A stretch of DNA of 20,000 nt from positions 1,150,668 through 1,170,667 of the forward strand of contig MU004242.1 in the NCBI GenBank assembly GCA_010405405.1, given 5' to 3'. A model generated the notes under the pieces. The model worked only from the letters and a program-made list of their open reading frames with translations, did not search any database and was not told the DNA's origin. The position numbers were made by a program, and so were the translations under genes. How positions within the stretch are numbered: the first letter of the stretch is position 1; every line of letters begins with the position of its first letter. Below, piece after piece: positions 1 to 10,055 of this stretch. The stretch comes from Microthyrium microscopicum. Its lineage: Eukaryota.

Positions 1-3000
1 ACATGCCTCCTCGGTTTTCGAGCGTTGATTGGTGCTCTGTCGGAGTGAAGTGCCTGGAGCACACCAAAAAGATGCTAGGCCACTTGAGCTGAGCCGATGG
101 AGTTGGCGTTTGTTAGCAATGGTCGTTCAATACACCACGTTACATAGACATTGTAAATCAGGTGAGCTAGTTGGTTCTGTCGCAAACATGTCCCTTTATG
201 AGCATTGTTATCTGATCGATAATCAAGGCTGAGCAATCAGGCATTGCTCGCCCTGGTGACTGGCGACTGATGCGACTCCATGTCGGTCTGGAGAAAACGA
301 AAGAGCATGCTAACTTACTCAAAGGAGGGCTATTGTTTCGATATCAATGCAACGTGAAGAGCACGGCGCTACATAGTGCGCAGTATGCTCTCTCCGCGAA
401 GAGCTTACTGCACTTCATGACAACTTTGAGGGCGACTCACTTAGTCGTAAGTGCTAGAACGTTCGTCTCCACGATAAGTGTCAATCAGGAGTGGAGAGAA
501 CTTCAACGCTAGATGGTCCTCTCTTCCGACTGGGGCGTCATAGTGCACATTGGGTAACGAGAAAAAATATGGAACGAATGTAAGAGTGTTTTGTCTACTA
601 CTAGTAGTTAGGTAGGTACTGATAAGGTTGGTAAACGGCTAGGAATTAACTGTCCGTGTTTTGTGGCAGCAACGTCTAACTCGTTAGTCATTTACTGCTA
701 GGGCGTTTAGACACTGCATTGGAAGGTGTCGCCTTGATTGCAGAGCCCCTGATGAGAATGCGCTGATAGGGTGTTTGTTCATTGAATATCGTTTTCAGCC
801 TCGCAACTTTTGTTGGCAGAATTCTTATTTGTAGGGAACCTTGACATGGATATGTTGCTTCCTACCCCTGAGCGACGAGACGTCTCTGGCGACGAATCCC
901 AGCCGTTAGCTTTTGGTCGTCCTTTGTCGGCGCAGAAAATGGTTGTCTTTGATGCAGATTCGCTTTTACGGAGCACAATGGTGGACATCGAAGCCAAGGA
1001 GGTCCGCCACAGGCTCCTGCCATGCGCTGGGAGCGCGATACAAACCCATCCCAACTGCAAAAGAGCAAGCCATAGCTGCATACCCATAGCGTGCAAGATG
1101 ACGAGTGAGTCGTTCACATACCGGAAGCGGCATAATAATCCGTTATTACAGACGATATATGAAGGGACTTTGCTCATGGGAGCACAAGTACCAGTAGAGG
1201 GATGACCAAAGCTGTGCGTTGCGACGGACGGAAAAGGGTTACAATCGACAAAACTTATACGTACCCGATCCGTAAGATATCAATTGCGGAAACTGCGATG
1301 AGAAAAGGTCAGCGTTCGATGAGCCGTATGAGAGCACTACCACTCGACCACCAACAAAAGCCAGATTTTGACCATGCGGGAACGAAGTGAAAGCATTGAC
1401 GCCCAGTGTGAAGAGAACACTGTGAATGGGTAAAGTTAAGCCGATCGACACGCAACAAAAAAGAGCTGAGGCACCAGATACGCCGTGCACGGGGTCGAGA
1501 AGCAAAGCTATATATGTCTGCTACTTGCTAGGATAGAGCAGATCTATGCGCAAGAAGCAGTTGAGATTAACCTTTATACATGTTAGCTATCGTCTGGCTG
1601 TTCGTGATGTTCCAGGTGCAAGGCCTACAGGAAGCAGTAGATATGAAAACCAAAGTTAGTCTTTAATTACTAGCTTTTATACCACAAGGCTGGCACAATT
1701 TCTAGACAGCTAACCACAACGTCGTCTGAGAATACACCATGCCCACCCCCAAAGCATTGCTTGCTCGCGAACGCATCACTAGATGTTATCGGCAGCTGAA
1801 ACACGATGTAGCAATACAAGCGATGACAGTGTTAGTCGTGCTTAGGAGCGATAAGGAACCACCAGGAAGGAAGAAACCTATTACCTGCCAACGTTGCAAG
1901 CTGAAGGTGGAGCAGCAATCTTGTGCAGTCCCCAAGGGAATTTATAACGTTCATAGTCTCTGGCCAACGAGCAAGAAAAAGTCCGGAGGAGAAAGGTGAA
2001 AGCAAAGTCACTGGCTTCGGGTCGCTGCGACGAGGACATATGACAAAACAAGGGGAGCCGGCACACCGCGCCCTGAGCATTTATACTACTCGCTGCGTTC
2101 GAGTTTGGTCGAAGATGTTGTATTAACTTTAGGTTCAAGGTCTCAAAAGCACGCATGTTCGAGATGACGAAAAAAGGTCCAGATGTCGCTACCGGCGCAG
2201 CTTGCCAGTTCAGAACTGGACTTTGAGAAAGCCACTGTTAAGTGAAATGTCCGAGATATCAAGCAACAAAAACCGGTCGAGTCAGTTCCTGTAGTGATTC
2301 CGATCCCAGACTCTGGGTCGTGTTCACTAACATTTTGGTTGTGCAGTAAACCAATAACGCAGCGGGAACAAGGCATTAAGGATCATGTCACAGTCCAAGC
2401 TTCGCTGTGCAGCTTCAGAGCCAAATCAGGAGACTTTTCCGTGTCGATTGCATTAGCGGCAGGCAACTCGGACACGTTAGAGCCTGCCTTTGCGCATATG
2501 GTGAGAGCCACAAAGACATCGGTAGGGGGCACATTAGGCAATGACGAGAACTGTAATGTGAGAGCAGCAGCGAAGGAGGAGAGACGAAATCATCGTACAA
2601 GGCTGCGATGCGGAAAGAGTGATAGCAGAGCCTACAATCAATAGGTAGTTCAAGAAGGCAGAAACATGCCATGTGCTAGCGTAGAGCATATATACATGCG
2701 AAAATCGCTTGAGAGATCACCGCCGCATGTTAATGGGTAGACAAAAGCTAGGACTTGAGAACCGTGTTTTGGGTGCAATGGCGAGATAACAGAGCCTCAG
2801 CTCCTGGAACATTACTGCCGATACAAATGGTACTAGTAGCCAACGGTGTCGTACTGCACACTGAGGCGGCCACCCCCAGGTAGTTGTAGTGTTTGCGATT
2901 GACCAGCGCAGACGGCTACCAGAGCAACATTATAATGGTACAGTGTATCATAATCACTTGCTTACAAGTAGGAGTCCAGTCGTAGTAAAGCAGTCGGCCA

Positions 3001-3214
3001 GAGAAAGCAATAAGGAAACATTGCGGAGCTACAAGCTCCAGTTAGGGTATTCTTCATCTGGACTGCCCGCCGACAATAAAGCCAGAACAAGAGCCAGAAC
3101 AAGGGCTAGATTAATGCAAAGAAGTACTCGGAGAAGGACGAATAAGGTTTTACAAGTAAACATTCATGCCTAGAGAAAAGGAGTTACGAGCAAGATAGTA
3201 AGGGGATAGTACTT

Positions 3215-4420
3215 TCAAAGAAGTTTAATATTTACAAACGCTGCCAGATTCTCTTCTGAAATCGCAGCCAAAACTTCTTGCTGCCCACCGGGAGTAAGAG
3301 CACGCTCCTCTGTCATAAGAGGAGACACCTTTTCTCTAATGAAGTCACATAGAGCCCTTACCTCGCTTACCTCAACATGTCTATTCCGCGGAGCAACAAC
3401 CAAGATACTCCCAATCTTAGGGTCATGCCACCAGGGTGACAACCCCTCCCACTTCCCATCCTTTACTGATGTTCGAAGGAGGAGAAGCCGCGCTAAAGGA
3501 TTCTCAAGGTCATGTCGTGCATGATTAGGACTACCACCGCTATCGCTCTTGGGCTTTCCGCCATACGCTTTCGCAACCCACACCCTTTTAAGACGGTCGG
3601 GAATGCTGAATGGGTCGTCACCCTCGAGATTGAACAAGGGATGTGTTTTAGGGACAAGAACAGGAACCATGTCGGGTTGGCCGCTGGCTTGATCGCCGAG
3701 ACAATTGATTCGAACCCCCATTACCTTCGTAGCTCTCTCAGCTAAGATTTTCTTCGCAAGGAAAGCCTCCATTCCAATCCCATCGATCATGCTCCCATAA
3801 GTGTCCCGGTAGTAGCCTAGATAGTCGATGGCATCGCGGTATCCAGTCAAGGTCATGTCCGTAAGAAGACGGGGATCGTACTCATTCCCTACTTTCATTA
3901 CAGCAACGAGAGGGCCCTTCCAAATGAAATCCCCCCACGTATCTCCAATCAGAGTAGGGATAGTTCCGTGAATCGATTGGTTGGTGGTAAGGCCTGGAAT
4001 AGGATCGTGATCCAGATACCAAATATTGAGAGTATCTCGATTTGTCTTTCGTCCACGGAGACTATTCCCCCGGACGCAGAGCAGATTGCGGCCAATATAT
4101 TGAGGGTGTCCAGGAATATGAAGAATAGAATCGAGTTCAGGGTTGAAATAACCCCGCTCAATATCGTCCTCCTTGCTATCAACCCACACAAGACGAGGTG
4201 ACTGCGTGCTCATAGGAAACAGGATTGCAAGGTAATGCTTTGACGAAGGTCGAGTTGAGAAGTTTGCAGTAGAAAGGTCTTTGAATTTGCGACACAAAAG
4301 CCGATGAGGTCGCCAGTCGGCTTGTTGACACTCAACTGAGCAGTATATAGCAGAGCGGCATGTGACGCAGCGCCGTGCGTTAGCTATCCCACAAATCGTG
4401 CAAAGTAAGGATGCGTCCAT
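3215..4420 (-). CDS. MYND-type zinc finger protein (fungal zf-MYND family, uncharacterised C-terminal domain), 401 aa, single exon
   Basis: Uninterrupted 401-codon ORF from ATG to TGA. The N-terminus CTICGIANARRCVTCRSAIYCSVECQQADWRPHRLLC matches the zf-MYND pattern CxxC...CxxC...YCxxxCQxxDWxxHxxxC. No premature stops. Confidence 0.9.
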   Translation of the reverse strand: MDASLLCTICGIANARRCVTCRSAIYCSVECQQADWRPHRLLCRKFKDLSTANFSTRPSSKHYLAILFPMSTQSPRLVWVDSKEDDIERGYFNPELDSILHIPGHPQYIGRNLLCVRGNSLRGRKTNRDTLNIWYLDHDPIPGLTTNQSIHGTIPTLIGDTWGDFIWKGPLVAVMKVGNEYDPRLLTDMTLTGYRDAIDYLGYYRDTYGSMIDGIGMEAFLAKKILAERATKVMGVRINCLGDQASGQPDMVPVLVPKTHPLFNLEGDDPFSIPDRLKRVWVAKAYGGKPKSDSGGSPNHARHDLENPLARLLLLRTSVKDGKWEGLSPWWHDPKIGSILVVAPRNRHVEVSEVRALCDFIREKVSPLMTEERALTPGGQQEVLAAISEENLAAFVNIKLL

Positions 4421-4531
4421 AATTCTAGCATAGAGTCAATTGTTTAAGAGAAAGGACAAAGGCGCCACGGTTAGCTTTATATTGGAATTGAGGAATAGGC
4501 GGTGATGACTAAGGTCTTACTTAAACTTCGT

Positions 4532-4636
4532 GCCCCATGGGGCGTGGATTTCAAAAAGCTAAAAAATTCAATAGTCTTGCAATCTGAATATCTCAAAGTA
4601 TAAGGTTACGCCCCATGGGGCGTGGATTTAAAAAGT
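4532..4636. promoter_or_regulatory. Two direct copies (78 bp apart) of a palindrome-containing motif GCCCCATGGGGCGTGGATTT(C)AAAAAG in the divergent intergenic region
   Basis: Copy 1 starts at 4532 (12-bp palindrome GCCCCATGGGGC, 4532-4543). Copy 2 starts at 4610, and its palindrome extends to a perfect 16-mer ACGCCCCATGGGGCGT (4608-4623). The repeat is seen directly. A regulatory role is inferred from its position between the ATGs at 4420 (-) and 4719 (+). Confidence 0.6.
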
Positions 4637-4718
4637 CAAGCAAACCACTAAGTTTCCACTTATAATATATCAAGTTCTCTCACCTGTTCTTAAAATCTTT
4701 TCCTCCTTACCACACATC

Positions 4719-7700
4719 ATGGCCAAGCGGAAGAACCCCTCAAGTCCAAACTTCGAAGCAATCAGCAAAACGAGGTCGACCCGATGAACCCGTCATTCCT
4801 CTGACAGGCGCACAATCAGTCGTTGAACAAGCCCAGCCGTATCTTCTTACCACGGCCAAGTTCCCAATCCATGCTCTCACGCCTGTTTGGAAGGTAGGAA
4901 ACAATCGGCAACTCGATACTAAACATGTTCAGAGTTTATATCGGATATTCAAAGAGCAGCGCCTTCAACGAGAGCTAGGCGAGAACCACCTGCGTATTGC
5001 ATGTTCTCGGGCAGAGGTAGATCGAATGATCGATCACCTCAACTCGGCTAGGACTCTCCACGACTCTCTGAGCCTGCTGCCCGCCTACCCGTCTTTCGAT
5101 GACTGGATGGTGGTGAATGAAGCCAAAGTTGAGATTATGGCTGGGCAGCATCGTGTTGAAGCGTTGAAGCTCTTCTTAAAGCATCTGAGCGGTCGCCCCG
5201 GGGGGGTTTCGCTCGCAGAAGAGCAATCATAGTGGATTTGCGATGTCTACGACATTGGTGAGTAGGTTCATATTTTATATCCATAAGCTAGGCTAATATC
5301 CTCATTGATCGACTACCTGCACGACTCCGCGTCCAGCTTCGTGCAAACCGGCAAGATTCCACATTGCCAGACAGTCACGGGCAGGTGTGGATAGAGCTGG
5401 TGGCCTTGGTGGATGCAGATAAAACCCTCTTCCAAGGAACCAACGGTCCTCTACAAGACGAGATGCTCCAAATGCTTGGCCTAAGTGGCCGAGTTCAATT
5501 TCCAATTCGTCGACTTGTGACATTGTGGAAGAATAATCGCTGGCAACGGATGACTACAAGGTGGTGTCAAACTTCACTTGGTCGAGCTACTTTCAATGTT
5601 TCATTGCGGGAAGAGATGGCAAGATGCCGAATCGATGATGTAAGTAGGCCAGGCTAAGATGGTAATTCATATGCTAAGAAATAGTTCTGGTTTATTACAT
5701 TCCATGCCGTTCTTGCGACAATGTCACAGCTAGTGGGAGACGATTTAAAAGCTATTCAACTCGCCGACTGGAATTTGCTTGTCCAGCTGCCATTGGAACG
5801 GTCTGCTACTGATTTTCAGAGGACATTCTATCCGGATGCACCAGTCGACGTGCTCATTAATAGCTCGTCATCCCGGCGACCGAACTTCCTCCCAAAGCTT
5901 GATCATGCAGCTTATCATAGGGTGTATGAAATCATTGTATCAAGCACTCACCTCTGTTTTCCTGATATTCAAAGAATCCTTCGGGTCGGCCGAGCACAAG
6001 GGAAGACGGTGTCCTCTCTCATGAATCACGTAGTGCAATGGCTTAACCCTGTGCCAAACTCTGGTGACAAGCTTCAGCTATGGCAAGGACTTCTCCCAGA
6101 ATCTCTTGAGAATAATGACAGAGAAGCACGCATCTTACAGTCGGAGATCTTTAATGTTGTTCGTGACAGGACTGATGAGCTGACTAGCACCCTTCTCACC
6201 CAATTGCCCAAAGATGCAAAGGATTCTTACCTGGACCGGTTCTCAATTGCCCATCTGGAGAGATATCTTGATTGCAGTTCACAAGGCGATTGGTCCTCGC
6301 TTCCACGGTGTACTTGGCCAGTTTAACACCCAAGACCCAGCTGGTCTCCCGTCACAAAGGCAATCGACATTTATCCAAGCCTTTTGCGATGCCATCAGTC
6401 ACATCCCTCACGTGGCTCGCAACCCCGCATTGCGCAGCTCCCTAGCCTTGAAAGCTCTTATACACGAAATATCCCCAGCAATCACAGCTTGGGTGGTACA
6501 GCATTGTGACACAGCACTTCGAGAGCAAATCCTTGGCCGTACACCATCATGTCCACCCAGCGTTCGGGAATTGGTCAAATGTCAACTGGGTGAGCTTGAA
6601 GGGACGGTCTCATCTTTCAGCCACGTGAAGGAGCCGACTTCTTTATCTGCTGTGCCAATTATCAGGCCAGAGTCCCGGCAGAGCGAGAGGTATGATGTTG
6701 AAGGTGCAGTTGAGGATATAGTAGAGGACATGCTGCAAGATGTGCCAACAAGGAGTGCAAATGCGGTTCTACCTCCAGGAGCCGTAGCACTACATTCACA
6801 TTTTGCGAGCATTCCGACCTCAGGTCTTCCCGCAGATTCTAGGCTCATTTGCATGCGTGTTTGGACTTGCCACTAATGAGATGCTCGTTCGATTCCGCGC
6901 CCAAGGTTCTACCGGACTGGGCATTGCTCTGGCTGAAGGCGTAGCAGCACTTGATCGGCTAGGCCATTACTGCTTTACTGGCTCGCCTCTGGTGCTTATG
7001 AGCTCTGTTCTGAAGCCCCTACAAACAATGGATAGTCTACAACGAGGTGGTTGGCCGTTCATTGACCCTGGCATTCTCGACCTCCGACAAGGGGAAGGCA
7101 CACTGGATATTGCAAATTGGCCTCGGGCTAAGGACGGACGACCCATCTTTATGCATGTAGCTTCACTTGCATTTCACTATGGACCGGAGATTGCAGAAAG
7201 TCGTCACAGCCTTGTCTGGTTCCGTGACCTAGGTGGAAAGTCTATCAGTGGTCCAGCTAGTGCCACACGTTTCCTTGAGGATTTATTCCGCGACCTGTGG
7301 ATTCCGCAAATGGTTGAATTTATCAGTCACCAACTTCGCCGACATGCAAGCAGAGATCAGGATTTGTCTCTGCAGCTATTGCAGGAACAGCGGACTCTCA
7401 TTGAGACGTGGTCTCATTCCCCCCACCCTTTCACTTGGAGGTAAAGCCTGACTGTTTCTGCCTCTTTATAGTAAGGTTGACTAATGTTATATATTCTTAT
7501 CGTAGCAACTACAAACCTATCTGGTCCCTTACAAATCCTGTATCGACTGTGGTTTCGGAAACGACTAAGTCTCGTCAAGACTTTGCCCATAAGCTCTACC
7601 AGAAGTGCATGCAGAACGATGGGCCTGGTCGGCATGCACTGTCATCACTTCACTCTACCTGGTTTGCAGTCCTCCATGCTGTGTTCAATTTTACCGATAC

Positions 7701-8571
7701 TGGGCGGGTTACAGAAGAACACTGGCTCGATGGAGTTGCTGCAGCGCTAGCAGGTCATTAGATCGAATGCATGCCAGGCTCTTACTGTTCACGCATCACT
7801 TCCCGGCGCATGGTACGACTGGTGGGCCACATTGCACCCATTCGTGCTATAGCTGCACGGCCTGGAAGCTCAAAACGGGCAGCCATCGAAGTAGAAAGTC
7901 GAGCAGGGCGAGCCATTAAAAGGCAAGCAATTGATTTTGGATACGAGATTCCATTTACCTGTATTCCCAGCATAGTGGAAGATGGGTTCCGGGCTCAAGA
8001 AAAGATCTTTGCCAAAGGCAACCAAAAGATCCTAGAGCACTACCACGTTGCTCGGAATTGCTTGGAACGAAGCCTTGGGGATCCCCTTTGCGATGTTCTG
8101 CTGATGCTTGTCTTGACTTTTAGCTCTTCGTCGGTAACACCTAGGGTTGCGGCGCAGAGCAAGCACTTCAAAGCCGGCCCTCGTAAAGATCCTAGGATTT
8201 TTGCGGCAAGTATGGTGACACGGATGCTGTGGTTCCTTCACCCGGAAGCATTCCCTTCGGAGCAAGATGACGGAATGGTGCTTCGAGTGCCAGAAATGAC
8301 AAAGAAGATTGAGCACAAAGGTGTTAACAACCGGCTGCTCCGTGAAATGGGATGGGTGGAAGACCACGGTAAGCGTGAGAACCCCCGTAACAGTGACCTC
8401 AGCTTGCGGGCGGTCGATGAGCTTCTGAAGATTCGTACAGAACTGCTGTCCCTCCGAAGGGATCCAGCAGGGTTTGTTGCGCAGGTGTTTCGTAGTCACG
8501 ACTCGGTCTGGCTTGAGCGGTGCTCAATGATCCTTTGGGATCAGAGCCCGGGTGCAACAAGGGTCAGGTAA
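4719..8571 (+). pseudogene. Large disrupted spliced gene, about 1,230 aa reconstructed: N-terminal ParB/Srx-like domain (DUF3723-like) plus a long C-terminal region of unknown function. It may be two genes fused.
   Basis: ATG at 4719 in a good context (cacacatcATGG), encoding MAKRKN. After a frameshift near 4740 it reads ...PYLLTTAKFPIHALTPVWKVGNNRQLDTKHVQSLYRIF...ENHLRIAC...EIMAGQHRVEALK...S*WICDVYD. Introns are 5258-5307 (GTGAGT, branch GCTAAT, acceptor reads TTG), 5640-5684 (GTAAGT, GCTAAG, TAG) and 7441-7505 (GTAAAG, GACTAAT, TAG), and each joins the flanking ORF-track frames correctly. Premature TAGs occur at 5230 and 7759, and further frameshifts near 6243 and 6808. The final stop is TAA at 8569-8571. 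Confidence 0.8.
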
Positions 8572-8799
8572 TAGTAGCAGAGGGTCAATGATGGAGCTTG
8601 GAGGAGGTGTTCCCGAAGTAGTAGCATAAGGAGCTCTAGACAAGAGAGGTTAAATATCTATAACCACCACCAATCTTGCTGCTGCATGCCTAGAAAGAAT
8701 TTGTAAGAGTGTGTATTGCAGGTCAAAGTATACTGTCACCACCCCGGACGAGGTTTTGAAGGTTGTGGGTGTAAAAGGAAGCAGTTCTTATAGAGGTTT

Positions 8800-8880
8800 C
8801 ACTACAGGGAAGGTGTTTTGTAGGCTTCGCACTACAGGGAAGGTGTTTTGTAGGCTGTTCACAACGACTGGGTGTTTCGA
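8800..8880. repeat. 30-bp-period tandem duplication (2 near-perfect copies plus 1 degenerate)
   Basis: CACTACAGGGAAGGTGTTTTGTAGGCT occurs at 8800-8826 and 8830-8856, with a degenerate third copy CACAACGACTGGGTGTTTCG from 8860. Confidence 0.85.
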
Positions 8881-8984
8881 GTGTGGTTGGGAACCCCGAG
8901 GGCCTGTGGCCTATCGCTCGACGAGGTGAATTTGAATCTGGATAGGCAAATGAAGTTTATATAGAGTATCAGGCTGAAATAGGA

Positions 8985-9521
8985 ATGTGGCGCCCGCACG
9001 TACCACAGGTTAATTGGACGACATATGACATAGTTCCAAGTAGAGTTTAAGCTCAAATCATGCATGAAATAGCTTTAACACATACCGAAGCAACAACAAA
9101 CGATAAGACTGATAAGCCGAGAGTCAGAAGAGAACAACAATCCATTGAAACCGCCCGGCTATTGTTTCACAGATGATAGAAAACATTCCCAAAAACGGCA
9201 TAGGATTACTAATAATTACAACATGCCCAGAACATAGGTCGGCCACACAGCATTATGAACGAAGTAGTATCGAAAGAGTTATAGGAATGTACAGCATAGC
9301 GAGAACAAGGCTTTGTGGTAGACTCGGAGGAAGATTCGGATGAAGATTCCAATGAAGATTCAAGTAATATGAGTGGATTCATAGTACCAGACGACGTAGG
9401 TGTAGATTTAGAAAGTGAGGGAGATGAAGAAATACCGGACGCGCGGCATGCGAGCATGAATGACAAGTCCCGGAAACCGTCCACCATCGACGGCTGCCCA
9501 TATGAACGTCATGAGGGCTAG
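8985..9521 (+). pseudogene. Possible RIP-damaged gene remnant with an acidic low-complexity tract
   Basis: The frame from ATG 8985 reads MWRPHVPQVNWTTYDIVP...SIETARLLFHR...GFVVDSEEDSDEDSNEDSSNMSGFIVPDDVGVDLESEGDEE. It has 8 in-frame stops (9048, 9174, 9177, 9201, 9210, 9213, 9282, 9297). The acidic tract includes a 12-bp-period GAAGATTC repeat (three copies). No family recognised. Confidence 0.35.
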
Positions 9522-9823
9522 CACTCGTAGAGAGTCCCAGCGAAGGAGAGGAAGGGCGGTGGTTAGTTAACGTGGCCGCGTTTGTATTAGGTATGCCCGA
9601 CGTGGAAGCGTGAAAGGGAGCGCCGATTTCATTGCGCGGAACCATACTCAACAGCCCATATTATGTTCCCAGCAAGAGCGGTGGTTTTCACAGGATTAGA
9701 GCGCAGTGAGCGGACACTGATGCCGAGCCAAGACGCAATTAAACACATATAGCAAAATGTCCCGGCGAATTTGGTAGTTGGATATCACCGCACATAGTCA
9801 GCCGAAGTCCATACCAGTCATGC

Positions 9824-10055
9824 CCGGCGCGGGAGCGCAAACAGACGCCCCAAGTCCATTGCGTGCGCCCAAAGTCCACAAGTTAGAGGCCAGATGGCAA
9901 ATTACAGAACGGCCCAAGTAAAAACATGGATAGGGCCGAGGTATGTTTCACCATGCAAGCGCAAGCATGGCCACGACATACACAGCAACTGCACCGGTGA
10001 GGACATGGAAGGGTCGCGTCCATATCGTGGATGGCCGGCGCGGGAGCGCAAACAG
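9824..10055. repeat. Dispersed 21-bp perfect direct repeat CCGGCGCGGGAGCGCAAACAG
   Basis: Identical copies at 9824-9844 and 10035-10055. Both are preceded by GTCCATA ending 10 bp upstream. Confidence 0.8.

Noticed and set aside
3080..3110. 12-bp tandem repeat AGCCAGAACAAG x2 plus a degenerate third copy
   Set aside because: A trivial slippage repeat downstream of the MYND gene with no further structure.
1..3200. Numerous short ORFs (60-132 aa) on both strands, including hydrophobic minus-strand pieces at ~780-1500 faintly suggestive of a decayed membrane-protein gene
   Set aside because: I found no recognisable domain and no consistent frame or splice model, and many use non-ATG starts. They are compatible with random ORFs in intergenic or highly degenerate DNA.
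3339..4201. Short ORFs overlapping the MYND gene (3339-3524, 3512-3745, 3949-4191, 3968-4201)
   Set aside because: These are shadow or antisense frames of a real CDS.
5026..8571. Treating ORFs 5026-5232, 5364-5657, 5721-6326, 6214-6876, 6803-7444, 7408-7761 and 7771-8571 as separate genes, or as programmed frameshifting/readthrough
   Set aside because: They join through introns, single frameshifts and in-frame TAGs into one reading path. Six heterogeneous lesions are better explained by pseudogenisation than by recoding.
9967..9985. ATGGCCACGACATACACA resembles a de-RIPed version of the array core ATAGCTATAGTATATATA
   Set aside because: The match is only in purine/pyrimidine space over a largely alternating pattern and does not extend convincingly. 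It could easily be chance.
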